Positions 47,343-58,562 of a stretch of 64,000 bases of DNA are shown here, in pieces; positions within the stretch are counted from its first letter, which is position 1; each line of letters begins with the position of its first letter. Below the pieces are notes generated by a model. It saw nothing but the letters and a program-made list of their open reading frames with translations, did not search any database and had not been told where the DNA came from. The position numbers were made by a program, and so were the translations under genes. Source of the stretch: Trueperaceae bacterium. Its GTDB lineage: Bacteria; Deinococcota; Deinococci; Deinococcales; Trueperaceae. Where the stretch lies: NCBI GenBank assembly GCA_965213925.1, contig OZ243927.1:1536001-1600000 (forward strand), in the 5' to 3' direction.

Positions 47343-48749
47343 TCAGCCGAGCGCGGGCTCGAGTTTTTCTTGTTGTGCTTGCTTAGTTTGCTCGAGTACG
47401 GGTCTTTTCGTGAGCATACCCAAGAAAATCTCCGTAATCTCCGGGTCGAACTCCGTACCGGCGCGTTCGCGTAAATAGGCGATGACCTTGTCTTGTGACC
47501 AGGCGCGGCGGTACGGGCGGTCGTATGAAAGCGCGTCCCACACGTCTACAAGGCTGAAAATTCGCGCGGCGAGCGGAATTGCCTCACCTTTAAGCCCGCG
47601 CGGATAGCCCGAACCGTCCCACTTTTCGTGGTGGCAGTAGGGAATCTCTAAGGCGGGGCGTAAAAAGGTGATAGGGGAGAGCATGGTGAGCGCGTGGCTC
47701 GGGTGCTCGCGCATCGCTTCCCACTCGAGGGGGCTAAGTTTACCCGGTTTGAGCAGGATATAGTCAGGCACGCCCATCTTGCCGATGTCGTGCAGGAGTG
47801 CGCCACGCCGAATGTGCACGAGCGCTTCGTCGTCGACGCCTACGAGCCTGGCTAAACGCACCGTCATGTCGGTGACGCGGCGCGTGTGCCCTTCGGTCTC
47901 TTTATCGCGCAGTTCCAGAGCCCGCGCCCAGCCCTCGATGGTGGTGTCGTAAGCGAGGCGCAACTCCGTGTTTGAGCGGCGCAGGTGCGCTTCGGTGAGC
48001 TTGCGCTGGGTAGTGTCGCGAATGATGAGCTGGGCAGCGGGAGCGCCGCTCCAGTTCGAATGTGCGCCGTGCACTTCGACGTGGACGTGTGCGCCGCTCG
48101 GCTTGAGAAGCGTGGTCTCAAAGCGCACCTGCGTGGTGGGGAACTTGAAAAGCTCTAAGAGTTTCGCGCGGCAGTGGTTCAGCTCGGCGGGCAGCACAAA
48201 GCGGCCTAACCCCTCTTGGCTCCTATACTCGTCGTCAATACCTAACAGGCGGAACATCGCTGGGTTGATAAGTCGAATCTGCTGGTTGCTGTCTACAATG
48301 ATGATGCCGTCCGGCGAGAGGTCGATAAGTTCGCCGAAGCGCGAGCGTTCGGCGTGGAGACGGCGCGAATGATTCAAGCGTGTCAGCGCCCCGACGCGCC
48401 GCCGCAGCAGCGCGGGGTGAAAGGGCTTAGCAATAAAGTCGTCCGCGCCCGCCTCGAAACCCTTGTCTCGAGAGCGCTCGTCGTCCTCGGACGTGACGAT
48501 GACGATAGGTGTCTCTTCGAAAGCCGGGTTAGCGCGTAAGCGGCGACATACGTCGAACCCGCTCAAGCCCGGCATGTTGATATCCAATAAGATAAGATCA
48601 GGGTTGAGTTCAGACGCGCGCTCTAAAGCGTCTAGACCATTTTGCGCCGTAGCAAGATTTAGGTCTAAAGGACCCAGCAGCCGTTTGATCAGCTCGCGCA
48701 TAGAGGTCTGATTATCGACGATGAGGACGGTAGCGCGTTTCGAAGTCAA
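47343..48749 (-). CDS. Response regulator REC-PAS-HD-GYP phosphodiesterase
   Basis: ILLDINMPG, PAS domain, LLHDIGK, HHEKWDGSGYP. Confidence 0.92.
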   Translation of the reverse strand: MTSKRATVLIVDNQTSMRELIKRLLGPLDLNLATAQNGLDALERASELNPDLILLDINMPGLSGFDVCRRLRANPAFEETPIVIVTSEDDERSRDKGFEAGADDFIAKPFHPALLRRRVGALTRLNHSRRLHAERSRFGELIDLSPDGIIIVDSNQQIRLINPAMFRLLGIDDEYRSQEGLGRFVLPAELNHCRAKLLELFKFPTTQVRFETTLLKPSGAHVHVEVHGAHSNWSGAPAAQLIIRDTTQRKLTEAHLRRSNTELRLAYDTTIEGWARALELRDKETEGHTRRVTDMTVRLARLVGVDDEALVHIRRGALLHDIGKMGVPDYILLKPGKLSPLEWEAMREHPSHALTMLSPITFLRPALEIPYCHHEKWDGSGYPRGLKGEAIPLAARIFSLVDVWDALSYDRPYRRAWSQDKVIAYLRERAGTEFDPEITEIFLGMLTKRPVLEQTKQAQQEKLEPALG

Positions 48750-48847
48750 CGCTGAACTCCCTTACGGTAGTGCGTGTGGCGGCGAGTAGGAGAGGCGTCG
48801 TGAGTCAGCATAACGTTCACTATAGGGAAGATGATCTAACAAGATTC

Positions 48848-49300
48848 TTACCCGCTGACCTCTCTCACCCAGCCACTTTCGACCTTGCGCTCCGGGTCGC
48901 CGATGAGGGTGAACGCCGCCCAGTGGTAAGGGTTGGGGTGCTCGGCGCGTACGGCGAATGGTGCCGCACCTCGGCGGGCGTGGCGATGTCGGTGACGGCG
49001 CACTTCCCCTCTTGTCCTTAGCTTCACCGTTTCGCCTTAAGGCAAGCTGCGCCTCCGCTAATGTCACGAGTCCAAACGCAACGCCCGAAAGCACTCCCGC
49101 CCCTTCTAGCGTCGCAACTCCGCCCTGAGCAAGTGCCGCCGCCTCGAGATACGAGGTTTTCGCCTCCTCGTCTTCTAAAGCTTCTGCGATGTTGAGGTGC
49201 AAGTTGGCGATGTAAAGCTCGACTGACGCCGCCTGGGTCGGGTTGCTTAGCTCGAGCCAGGTCGAACGCGCTGCGCTCAGCGCCTCCAACGCTTCACTAT
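48848..49300 (-). pseudogene. Collapsed remnant of a TPR-CHAT protein gene
   Basis: TPR-like helices, then short out-of-frame pieces AVTDIATPAEVR and HPNPYHWAAFTLIGD (a CHAT C-terminal motif). Confidence 0.65.
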
Positions 49301-49593
49301 TACGCGCACCGTGCCGAGCACCACGAGCGCCTCGACCTGCGTGCGAGGGAGCGCTGTTTCTAGCAGTGTTTCTACAAATCATGATGACGTAGTGGCGGCG
49401 CGACAACCGTAAAAAGTTCTGTCCGCGCTTCGCTAAATGTCAAGAGTAAGAATCTTGTAACAGCCCATCCGTAGACTGAGGCTATGTCTTCGTTTTTGCG
49501 CTATGTATTTAACTATCTATCGGGCACGCCCCCCGCTTTGATGCGTGCCAAAAGGTCCCAACGACCCCCGAAGGTCGCCCAAGGGATACGCCT

Positions 49594-51336
49594 ATGAGCC
49601 TCGAGCGACCCGAATCCCGAAACGATGTCGAGGCGTTGCGCGAGGCGCTGACCCAGGCTGAGCGAGCTTTGCAGGAGAGCGAGGCGCGTTACGCGCTCGC
49701 CGCCGCCGCGATGAACGACGGACTGTGGGACTGGAATCTGCAGACGGGTGAGGTCTTTTATTCGCCGCGCTGGCAGGCGCTGCTAGGTCTCGAGGAGCCC
49801 ATCACGAACGGCACGTCGAACGATTGGCTAGGGCGGATTCATCCGCTCGACCGTGAGCGCGTCAGGGCGCAACTCAACGCGCACTTGGCGGACAACATCC
49901 CCGTATTCGAGTGCGAGCACCGCGTGTTGCACCGAGACGGGCGCTACCACTGGATGATGAGCCGCGGGCTCGCCGTGCGCGACGAAACGGGCAGGGCGTT
50001 GCGCGTCGCGGGCTCCTTGACAAGCATCGCGCAGCAAGGGGTCTGCGACGCGCTGACCGGGCTGCCTAACCGGGCCTTGCTCCTAGACCGCCTGCGTCAA
50101 GCGTTCGAGAAGTACCAGCGCGACCCGTCGCAGACCTTCGCCGTACTCTTCATGGACCTCAACCGCTTCAAAGTCATCAACGACAGTTTGGGACACCAGG
50201 TGGGCGATTTGCTCCTCATTGAACTCGCCAAGCGCTTGCAGCTCTGCGTGCGCAGCGCGGACACGGTGGCGCGTCTAGGCGGGGACGAGTTCGTGATTCT
50301 GCTCGAGAACCTAGACGGACCTCATAGCGTCATGCAGGTGATCGACCGCATCGGGCGCTACACCGCGACGACCTTTAGCCTAGACGGACATCAGGTGGCG
50401 AGCAGCACGAGCATCGGCGTGGTGATGGACATTCAGCACTACGTCTCCACCGACGACATCCTGCGCGACGCCGACATCGCGATGTACCACGCGAAGAGCC
50501 GTAAAAATCCCTATGCGCGCTTCGACAAGCGGATGTTTGAGCGCGTCGCGTCGCGGCAGCAGACCGAGATGGAGCTTCGCTCGGCGCTAGAGCGCGGTGA
50601 ACTCTTCTTGATGTACCAGCCCATCGTCTCCTTGAAGGACGGTGAGGTGAGCGGCTTCGAGGCGTTGGTGCGCTGGCAGCACCCGCGCCGAGGGCTCGTC
50701 TCGCCGACCGAGTTTATCGCCCTCGCCGAAGAGACGGGGCTCATCGGCGCGATCGGTGAGTGGGTCTTGAGCGAAGCCTGCGCCCAGATGAGCTTGTGGC
50801 AGCGCACGCAGAAGGACCCGCCTCTCACGATTAGCGTCAACTTGTCGAGCAAGCAGTTCATGCAGCCCGACCTCGTGAAGCGGGTGGCGGCGATTTTGCG
50901 CGACACCGGCTTAGCGCCGCGCTATCTCAAGCTCGAGATCACCGAAAGTGCCGTGATGGAAGACCCCGCCCTCGCGGTCGAGGTGCTCAGCGCGCTTAGG
51001 GATTTAGGCGTGCGCATCGCGATGGACGACTTCGGCACGGGCTACTCGTCGCTCTCGTACATCCACAGCTTGCCGCTCGACACGCTCAAAATAGACCAGT
51101 CGTTCGTCAACCGGATGAAGAGCGACCCTAGAAGCTTAGAGATCGTGAGAACGGTGGTGAATTTAGCGCAAAACCTGAATCTGGACGTGGTCTCCGAAGG
51201 GGTCGAGTCGGCTGAACAGGCGACGATTTTAGGAACGCTCCACTGCCGCTACGCGCAGGGTTACTACTTCTCCAAACCGCTCATCGAAAGGGAGGTTTTA
51301 GAACTTCTTAGCGCCCCTGTTGCTGAGGTGTGCTAG
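49594..51336 (+). CDS. PAS-GGDEF-EAL diguanylate cyclase/phosphodiesterase
   Basis: DGLWDW PAS, RLGGDEF, FEALVRW, DDFGTGYSS. Confidence 0.93.
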   Translation: MSLERPESRNDVEALREALTQAERALQESEARYALAAAAMNDGLWDWNLQTGEVFYSPRWQALLGLEEPITNGTSNDWLGRIHPLDRERVRAQLNAHLADNIPVFECEHRVLHRDGRYHWMMSRGLAVRDETGRALRVAGSLTSIAQQGVCDALTGLPNRALLLDRLRQAFEKYQRDPSQTFAVLFMDLNRFKVINDSLGHQVGDLLLIELAKRLQLCVRSADTVARLGGDEFVILLENLDGPHSVMQVIDRIGRYTATTFSLDGHQVASSTSIGVVMDIQHYVSTDDILRDADIAMYHAKSRKNPYARFDKRMFERVASRQQTEMELRSALERGELFLMYQPIVSLKDGEVSGFEALVRWQHPRRGLVSPTEFIALAEETGLIGAIGEWVLSEACAQMSLWQRTQKDPPLTISVNLSSKQFMQPDLVKRVAAILRDTGLAPRYLKLEITESAVMEDPALAVEVLSALRDLGVRIAMDDFGTGYSSLSYIHSLPLDTLKIDQSFVNRMKSDPRSLEIVRTVVNLAQNLNLDVVSEGVESAEQATILGTLHCRYAQGYYFSKPLIEREVLELLSAPVAEVC

Positions 51337-51497
51337 ATGCGGGGTGCGCTGCATCCGAGAAAGAAGGAGCAAGAAAGGTTAGCTGACAGAGGAGCAAGCA
51401 GCGCGTTTCTAAAACGCCAACAGGGGGTCGCACACCCCTTGTTGTAAGGTGAGACGGAGCGCTGAGTTTGACTACGTACGCTCAGGTTAGAAGAGGG

Positions 51498-52673
51498 CTA
51501 GGCTAGCTCGAGCGCCTCACGCCTGAGCGTCTCCGCCTTGTCAGTGCGCTCCCAGGGAAAGCCACCGCGCCCGAAGTGACCGTATGCGCTCGTCGCTTTG
51601 TAAATAGGTTGCCGCAAGCCGAGTTGCGCGATGATCGCAGCAGGTCTCGCGTCGAACACCCTGCCGAGTAAGTCGCTCAACACCTCATCGGCTAGCGTTG
51701 ACGTGCCGAACGTGTCTACATAGATGCCTACGGGTTGCGCCACGCCGATCGCGTAAGCGAGTTGCACCTGTGCCCGCTTCGCCAAACCTGCCGCGACAAT
51801 GTTTTTCGCCATGTAACGCGCGTAGTAAGAGGCGCTCCTGTCGACCTTCGTCGGGTCTTTGCCGCTGAACGCGCCCCCGCCGTGCGGCGCTGCGCCGCCA
51901 TACGTATCCACGATGATCTTGCGCCCGGTGAGCCCTGCGTCCCCTTCTGGGCCGCCGATGACGAAGCGCCCCGTCGGGTTGATATAAAAGACTGTATCTT
52001 CGTCTAAATACTCCTCTGGAATCGCCGCATGGACGACCTCTTGCTCGATGTCGCGCTGAAGCCTCTTCTCTGACACGTCGGGGTTGTGTTGCGCGCTCAC
52101 CACGACAGCCGTAACCTTGACGGGCGTGTCGCCGTCGTAAGCCACCGTCACTTGCGCCTTACCGTCGGGTCGCAGGTAAGGTAAGACCTCTTCCTTACGG
52201 CACTCAGCGAGCCTCCTCGTGAGGTTATGTGCGAGCGTAATAGGCAGCGGCATCAGGTCTGGCGTCTCGTCGGTAGCGTAGCCGAACATGAGCCCCTGGT
52301 CACCCGCGCCGATCTGGTCGAACTGTTCACCCGAGGCAGCTTCGCGGGCGCGGCTCACCCCTTGGGCGATGTCGGGTGACTGCTCGGCGATGGCGACCAA
52401 GACGGCGCAGTGATCAGCGTCAATGCCGTAAGCGCTGTCCGTATAGCCAACCTCGCGCACGGTGTCGCGCACAATGCGCTGCAGATCGACGTAGCCCTTA
52501 CAGGAAATCTCGCCCGCGATGAGCGCCAAGCCTTTCGTGAGAATCGTCTCGGCGGCGACCCTGGCACTCGGGTCGAGCGTTAAAATCGCATCCAAAACGC
52601 TGTCGCTGATGCGGTCTGCGAGCTTGTCGGGGTGTCCTTCGGTTACGGATTCTGAAGTGATGAGCCTATACAA
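51498..52673 (-). CDS. metK: S-adenosylmethionine synthetase
   Basis: [30 protein letters not shown] start after an AAGGAG RBS. Confidence 0.96.
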   Translation of the reverse strand: MYRLITSESVTEGHPDKLADRISDSVLDAILTLDPSARVAAETILTKGLALIAGEISCKGYVDLQRIVRDTVREVGYTDSAYGIDADHCAVLVAIAEQSPDIAQGVSRAREAASGEQFDQIGAGDQGLMFGYATDETPDLMPLPITLAHNLTRRLAECRKEEVLPYLRPDGKAQVTVAYDGDTPVKVTAVVVSAQHNPDVSEKRLQRDIEQEVVHAAIPEEYLDEDTVFYINPTGRFVIGGPEGDAGLTGRKIIVDTYGGAAPHGGGAFSGKDPTKVDRSASYYARYMAKNIVAAGLAKRAQVQLAYAIGVAQPVGIYVDTFGTSTLADEVLSDLLGRVFDARPAAIIAQLGLRQPIYKATSAYGHFGRGGFPWERTDKAETLRREALELA

Positions 52674-53272
52674 TGTGCTGTCTCCTTCTAAAAGATCAAC
52701 GTCGCGCTTTCGCGCCCCTGAAGAAGTATAGCAAGGGCGAGAGAAGCGCTTGGTTCTTGCTCCCATCATGTAGCAGGTATCAAAGTCTGTTTCTCAAAGC
52801 TACGCCCGACTTCGTGAAGACGTTCGGAGCTGATTTAAGTGAACGAAGCTAAGTCGCGTGGTCCCGCTCCCGCTAGGCGAAGCAACACTCTCACTGTGAA
52901 AACGCCGCCTATCACACACATTTGGAGATGAGGTCCCGTTACAGCAAGCTGTGAAATCTGTGGCACTCTGTCTCAGTATGTTTTGGAAGTGCTAATGGAG
53001 ACGTACCAGCATCTCAAACTCTGATGAGCTGAAGTCCCGTTATATCCGCTAGCGCAGGGCTTGCAAAGTACCTCACAGGGAGTAGACCTCTTGCGTCGGG
53101 GAGCAAACGCACGTCCAGAGGGCGCTTTTGCCGAGTGGGGCGAGCGCGAGTAGACGCTCCTAGCAGTACCTTCGCAAGAGGTCTGATGAATGACGCTGAC
53201 TCGCCGATACACTTCTCTCAAACGTTCCCGGAACCCTCATAACGTAGTTTTGCGCACCTTATAATTGAGCTT

Positions 53273-53794
53273 ATGTCTACCGCGATAAGTCGCCCTGCGA
53301 GTCGTCCGGTTGTGCGCCATGCGAGACCGAGTGACGCGAGTGCCCTCGTGAATCTGCAAGCCGAAATCTACGCCGAAGGGCGCTGGTTCGTGGGCGACGG
53401 GCCGCCCTCGGCGCAGACCTTAGAGCGCCGCCTCCGCGCCTTCGGTGATGAGATGACCCTCTACCTCGTTGCACTGCCGCCTAGAGGAGAGGTGTGCGCC
53501 TGGCTCGAGCTGCACCGCTTGACCCCCAAACGCCTCCGGCACGTCGCAATGCTCACGCTCGCCGTGTCTGAAAACTGGCGGCAGCGCGGCGTAGCCACGA
53601 AACTTTTAGAAAGTGCCTACCGCTGGACGGAGCAGAACGGCGTTCAGAAAATTCAGCTCAACGTGCGCGCGAATAATAGCGCCGCGCTTGCGCTCTACCG
53701 CGCGCAAGGCTTCGAGCAGGAGGGGTGTGAACGTGCTCAGATTCTCGAGGGCGAGCACTACGAAGACAATCTGCTTATGGCGAAGTTTCTGTGA
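53273..53794 (+). CDS. GNAT N-acetyltransferase
   Basis: WRQRGVATKLL; NSAALALY. Confidence 0.88.
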   Translation: MSTAISRPASRPVVRHARPSDASALVNLQAEIYAEGRWFVGDGPPSAQTLERRLRAFGDEMTLYLVALPPRGEVCAWLELHRLTPKRLRHVAMLTLAVSENWRQRGVATKLLESAYRWTEQNGVQKIQLNVRANNSAALALYRAQGFEQEGCERAQILEGEHYEDNLLMAKFL

Positions 53795-53857
53795 TGATGA
53801 GCTGAATAAGCTCGAGGTCAGGACTCCTAATAAAGTGTTTAAGAGGGCATTCAAAGA

Positions 53858-54376
53858 ATGAGCCACACGCTCGGTGAGTGGACTGATCAGCGCGTCGGTC
53901 TGTTCGTTGATACGCAAAATTTGTACTACGCGGCTCGTGATTACTACAGCGCCCACGTGGATTACGAAAAACTGCTGAGCGTGGCGGTTAGGGAGCGGCG
54001 CTTAGGACAAGCGACCGCCTACGTCGTCGAGCGTGAGGGCGAAGCGACCGCGTACGGCTTCGTGACCAAACTCTCCGCGCTCGGCTACCGCGTGCGCCGC
54101 CGCACGGTGCGCGTGCACCGCGACAACGGCGGCAGACCCGTTTTAGAAGGCGACTGGGACATGGGCATCGCCGCCGATATGGTGCAAGCCTGGGACCATT
54201 TGGATGTCATTGCGTTAGCAAGCGGCGACGGCGACTTCGTGCCGATGCTGGAGCTTGCTCAGCGCCGAGGCAAGCGCGTCGAAATCTTGGCGTTTCGGGA
54301 GGCGGCGAGCCAGAGTTTGCTGGATTTGGCGGACGTGTTTCGTAACCTGCCGGAGGTAGCGGATATTTTTGTGTAA
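53858..54376 (+). CDS. NYN/LabA-like PIN-fold protein
   Basis: FVDTQN, DWDMGI, SGDGDF. Confidence 0.88.
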   Translation: MSHTLGEWTDQRVGLFVDTQNLYYAARDYYSAHVDYEKLLSVAVRERRLGQATAYVVEREGEATAYGFVTKLSALGYRVRRRTVRVHRDNGGRPVLEGDWDMGIAADMVQAWDHLDVIALASGDGDFVPMLELAQRRGKRVEILAFREAASQSLLDLADVFRNLPEVADIFV

Positions 54377-54377
54377 G

Positions 54378-55802
54378 TTAAGCTTGCTCTACTAAGCCTA
54401 ATTTCTCGCTCAACAAACCTCGAACCGTTTCCGGGTTCGCCTTCCCTTTCGTCTCTTTCATGACCTTGCCCAAAAGCGCGTTGATCGCCTTGGGGTTTTC
54501 CGCCACCTGCTCCGCCACGCTCGGATTGGCTGCGATAACCTCGTCCACGATCTGTTCGACCGCGCCGGTATCGGTCATCTGTTTGAGCCCTCTGGCTTCG
54601 ACGATCTCTTCTGGGTCGCCCCCCTGCATCACATCACTCAGGATGTCTTTGGCGGTTTTGCCGGAGATCGTCCCTGTGTCGATAAGCTTGACGAGCGAGA
54701 CGAGGTGCTCAGGCGTCAGCTCTGACGCGCGGATGCTCACGCCCTGCGCGTTGAGCCAGCCCGCCACGTCGCCGTTGAGCCAGTTCGCCAGGGTTTGCGC
54801 CGAGCCGTCATAATGGGTCAGCGCCGCGTCGAAGAACCGCGCCGCCGCCACGTCTAGCGCGATGAGCCTCGAGTCGACCTCCCGCACCCCTAGCGAGAGG
54901 TAGCGCGCCAGCTTCGCCTCGGGCAATTCGGGCGTTTCTCTACGCACTTCGCTCAACCATTCCTGTGAGATAACCATAGGCGGCAAGTCGGGCTCGGGGA
55001 AGTAGCGGTAGTCCGCCTCGCCCTCTTTCGTGCGCATGAGGTATGTTTTCTGCCCGCCCTCGTTCCAGCCCCTCGTGGACTGCACCACGCGCTCGCCGTC
55101 CTCGATAAGCCGGCTCTGCCGCGCGATCTCGAACGCCAGCGCCCGCTGCACGCTCCGGAACGAGTTGAGGTTTTTCACCTCGACTTTGGTGCCGAAGCCC
55201 TCCCCCTCGCGGCGCACCGAAACGTTGACGTCCGCGCGCATCTTGCCCTCTTCGGGATTAGCGTCCGAGACGCCGAGCGCCTGGGCGACGGCGCGGACTT
55301 GACCTAAAAAGTCCCTCGCTTCTTCCGGGTCGCGCAGGTCGGGCTCCGTGACCATCTCGATGAGAGGCGTGCCCGCCCGGTTGAGGTCGACGAGGCTGTA
55401 GTCCGCGTACGCCGGGTGCACCGACTTGCCCGCGTCCTCCTCTAAGTGGCAGCGCGTGATGCCGATGTGCCGCCCGCCGGGGAGGTCGATGTGTCCGCGC
55501 GAGCCGATCGGACGGTCGTACTGGCTGATCTGGTAGTTTTTGGGCGCATCCGGGTAGTAGTAATTCTTGCGGTGAAACTGCGTGTTCTCCGGCACCTCGC
55601 AGCCTAAAGCGAGCGAGAACATGATGGCCTTCTCGACCGCTTCGCGGTTGATGGTCGGCAAGCTTCCGGGAAGACCCAAACAGATGGGGCACGTGTTCGT
55701 ATTGGGCGCTTTGCCTACCGAGTCGTTCGCGCAGCCGCAGAAGAGTTTTGTGCGGGTGCTCAAAGCGAGGTGAACTTCTAAACCGATGACGGGTTCGAAC
55801 AT
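54378..55802 (-). CDS. gatB: Asp/Glu-tRNA amidotransferase subunit B
   Basis: [33 protein letters not shown]. Confidence 0.96.
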   Translation of the reverse strand: MFEPVIGLEVHLALSTRTKLFCGCANDSVGKAPNTNTCPICLGLPGSLPTINREAVEKAIMFSLALGCEVPENTQFHRKNYYYPDAPKNYQISQYDRPIGSRGHIDLPGGRHIGITRCHLEEDAGKSVHPAYADYSLVDLNRAGTPLIEMVTEPDLRDPEEARDFLGQVRAVAQALGVSDANPEEGKMRADVNVSVRREGEGFGTKVEVKNLNSFRSVQRALAFEIARQSRLIEDGERVVQSTRGWNEGGQKTYLMRTKEGEADYRYFPEPDLPPMVISQEWLSEVRRETPELPEAKLARYLSLGVREVDSRLIALDVAAARFFDAALTHYDGSAQTLANWLNGDVAGWLNAQGVSIRASELTPEHLVSLVKLIDTGTISGKTAKDILSDVMQGGDPEEIVEARGLKQMTDTGAVEQIVDEVIAANPSVAEQVAENPKAINALLGKVMKETKGKANPETVRGLLSEKLGLVEQA

Positions 55803-56080
55803 GCTTCAGTTTAGCAGGGTTGTAGCAGGTGTCATCCGGTCGCAACCCCCTTATAACGTGAAAGCAGACTCTTATCGCCAAGGCGAAAGCGTGGTAAGTC
55901 AGGCGATCAGCTCGTCAGCATCGTTCATCCAGCTAGACTGAATTTTAGGACAAACGCTTAGCTGATAGGCTGACTTGCTGAACTGCTCTCGAGGTATCAA
56001 AAGAAAAGCGAGTTTCAAAGGGTGACGATAAAAGCCTGTACCTCTAACAGTAGAGCCCCTAAGCGCGTTACACTGTCCTT

Positions 56081-56509
56081 ATGATCGAAGCTGTGCTCGA
56101 GGACGTAGCCGTCGCCGGTGACGGCAGCCAATTCATCGTGCTCTTAAAGGCGAAGGACGAAGAGGGTAGCGTGGTGCCCATTTGGATCGGGGCGCTAGAG
56201 GCGATGTCGATCGTGGCGGGGCGCTCGCAGGAGTTTCCGCGCCCGATGTCACACGACCTGATGTTGTCGCTGCTCGAGATGATGGGCGCTAAGGTCGCGC
56301 GCATCGAAGTCACCGACATCTCGGAGGGGACCTTTTACGCGCGGCTCGTCGTCGAGAACCGCGGCGTGGAGTTCGACATCGACGCCCGCCCGAGCGACGC
56401 GCTCGCGCTCGCAGTGCGCGTGGACGCGCCCCTTTACATCGCGGAAAAAGTGGTTAAGCAGACCGCCATGACCGACTTCCCGAGCGGTACGGGCGGGGCG
56501 GAGGCTTGA
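56081..56509 (+). CDS. Bifunctional nuclease (DUF151) family protein
   Basis: PIWIG, PRPMSHDL, IDARPSDA. Confidence 0.9.
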   Translation: MIEAVLEDVAVAGDGSQFIVLLKAKDEEGSVVPIWIGALEAMSIVAGRSQEFPRPMSHDLMLSLLEMMGAKVARIEVTDISEGTFYARLVVENRGVEFDIDARPSDALALAVRVDAPLYIAEKVVKQTAMTDFPSGTGGAEA

Positions 56510-56512
56510 GGC

Positions 56513-57706
56513 TTAGGACAGGGCGAGTTGGGTGGCGCGCCCCAGCGCCTCGGTCAAGCTCTCAGGCGCGTCTCCGCTCCCCTGTGCGAATTCGGGCTTG
56601 CCGCCGCCACGCCCACCTACAAGCGGCAGCACCTCTCTGATAAGGTCTGCCACGCTGAGCGCAACCCCGTCACCCCTCGCGAAGAGGAGCTGCGCACGTC
56701 CGTTTTGGGTCGCGCCGAGTAGAGCGATGACGTCCTCTTGCTCCGTCAGAGAGGCGGCAAGAGGTTTGAGCAGCGCGCGCTCATCCGGAGCGAGTTGATG
56801 CGCGACGACGCGCCCGCGCTGACCTCTTTGTGCGCCTGCAAGAAGTTGCTCGCTCAGCAGCGCGGCGAGTTTAGCTTGCAGTTCGCTCACCTCTCGCTTC
56901 GACGCTGCAAGGTCACGTTGCAGCGCGGCGACGCGCTCCGGGACCGCTTCGACCTGTGCGCTAAAGGTGAGCGCTAAGTCGCGGCTTACGGCGTGTTTGA
57001 GGCGGTAATCCTCCACCGCCTCTACACCGCAGACGAAAAAAACTCGCGTCAAGCCGCTCTTAACGCGCTCGGACTTGAGCAGCTTGATGGGTCCCGCCTC
57101 GGCGGTGCGGCGCAGGTGTGTGCCGCCACACGCAGAGACCTCCCAGTCGCCCATGTTCACTAAACGGACGCGGCCAGAAACTTTAGGCGCTCGGCGCAGA
57201 GGGTAGCGCAGAGCCTTCCCCTCGTCCACTTCGAAGGCGCGAATCTCGAGGTTTTGGTACACGACCTCATTCACGAGCCTTTCAGCGTCAAGCTGCGCCG
57301 CCTCATCCGGCTCGCCTGCAAAGTCGACGGTGCAGACCGGACCGTTCAAGCTCACCGACTTCGTTTCGAAAGCCGGGTCGACGCGGACGAACGCCTGCGA
57401 CAAGAGGTGCTGCCCTGTGTGGCGCTGCATATGGCGGTAGCGCCGGTCCCAATCGACCTCGCCGTGAACGCACCTCCCGACCTCGAAGTGACCCCCTTCG
57501 ACGAGGTGGCGCACCTCTTGAGCGTCTTTACTTACATCGACGACGCGCCCTTCGCCTAGCGTGCCCGTGTCGTGCGGTTGTCCGCCCGAGGTGGGGTAGA
57601 AAAGCGACTGGTCGAGGACGACCCACGTACGGTCGTCCTCGCGGATGACCTTCGCGACCTCACCCGCGAAGATTCGTTGGTAGCTGTTTCGCTGCTCGAG
57701 TCTCAC
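56513..57706 (-). CDS. Alanyl-tRNA editing protein (AlaX-L) with DHHA1 domain
   Basis: FYPTSGGQPHD, HTGQH, CGGTH, GGGKPEFAQG. Confidence 0.9.
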   Translation of the reverse strand: MRLEQRNSYQRIFAGEVAKVIREDDRTWVVLDQSLFYPTSGGQPHDTGTLGEGRVVDVSKDAQEVRHLVEGGHFEVGRCVHGEVDWDRRYRHMQRHTGQHLLSQAFVRVDPAFETKSVSLNGPVCTVDFAGEPDEAAQLDAERLVNEVVYQNLEIRAFEVDEGKALRYPLRRAPKVSGRVRLVNMGDWEVSACGGTHLRRTAEAGPIKLLKSERVKSGLTRVFFVCGVEAVEDYRLKHAVSRDLALTFSAQVEAVPERVAALQRDLAASKREVSELQAKLAALLSEQLLAGAQRGQRGRVVAHQLAPDERALLKPLAASLTEQEDVIALLGATQNGRAQLLFARGDGVALSVADLIREVLPLVGGRGGGKPEFAQGSGDAPESLTEALGRATQLALS

Positions 57707-57907
57707 AGCATAGTTTACTCACGCTAAGCGCCGAGGTGTCAACGACACTTGCTTTGTGAGCGAGAACTAATCCCATCATGAAGTGTTGGGGCTCGGGGGC
57801 GTCCGCTATAAAATGTGAAAATTACGACATCTGCGCATCTAAACTTTGCTACCCTGCATAGTACAAAGTGTCGCGATCTATTCGCCCTTCTACACTCCAG
57901 GAGCAAC

Positions 57908-58510
57908 ATGGCAACGATTCTTATCGACACACCTAACTCGTTTATGCGCGAGGCGCTCGAGTCTCACCTCACCGCGGCGGGCTTTCGCACCTCAACCGAC
58001 ACGGAGCATGAAATCGACCTCGTGCTCCGCGACCTCCAAGCGGACGTCTCCCCCTACCCGACGCCGCCCCCTTACCCGACGTTAGCCTTCGTTTCGGGGG
58101 GCGACAAAGAGGTCATCCACCTGCTCTATCTGGGCTATAAGGGGTACCTGCGCCCGGAAGACAGAGAAAAGGTTGTCCCTGCGATCCAGGCGGTTTTGCG
58201 CGGCGAGATTTGGGGCGAGAGGCACCTCATCTCCAGAGCCTTGGAGAAACACACCGCGCCCCAGCTCACGCCCCGCGAGCATCAGGTCCACTACCTCATC
58301 GTGCGCAGGCTTTCCAACCGCGATATCGGCAAGCAACTGGGTATTACCGAAAAGACGGTTAAGGGCTACGTGACGAACCTGCTCAGCAAGCTAGGAGCCG
58401 AAGACCGCACCGAACTCATCCTCAACGCGCAGAAATTGCCAGGGCAACTTCCGCGACAACCCTCGCAAGAGAGGTCTCAAGACCATCGTCTTAACCTGAG
58501 CACCGACTAG
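57908..58510 (+). CDS. LuxR/NarL-family regulator with degenerate receiver domain
   Basis: LTPREHQV...SNRDIG...EKTVKGY HTH; AGGAG RBS before ATG 57908. Confidence 0.85.
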   Translation: MATILIDTPNSFMREALESHLTAAGFRTSTDTEHEIDLVLRDLQADVSPYPTPPPYPTLAFVSGGDKEVIHLLYLGYKGYLRPEDREKVVPAIQAVLRGEIWGERHLISRALEKHTAPQLTPREHQVHYLIVRRLSNRDIGKQLGITEKTVKGYVTNLLSKLGAEDRTELILNAQKLPGQLPRQPSQERSQDHRLNLSTD

Positions 58511-58562
58511 AGGTGCTACCCAGTCTTACACCCCCGCAACGTTCGCACCTTTTATTCACGAG

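Noticed and set aside
48762..49406. 214-aa ORF as an intact gene
   Set aside because: Both ends are not protein-like and the recognisable motifs lie in other frames; treated as a pseudogene.
52680..53050. SAM riboswitch upstream of metK
   Set aside because: A CTCATCAGAG-like start exists on the minus strand, but the GCAACC/GTGC core and kink-turn elements were not found.
53020..53200. Hammerhead ribozyme from two CTGATGA motifs
   Set aside because: No stem II followed by GAAA at a suitable distance.
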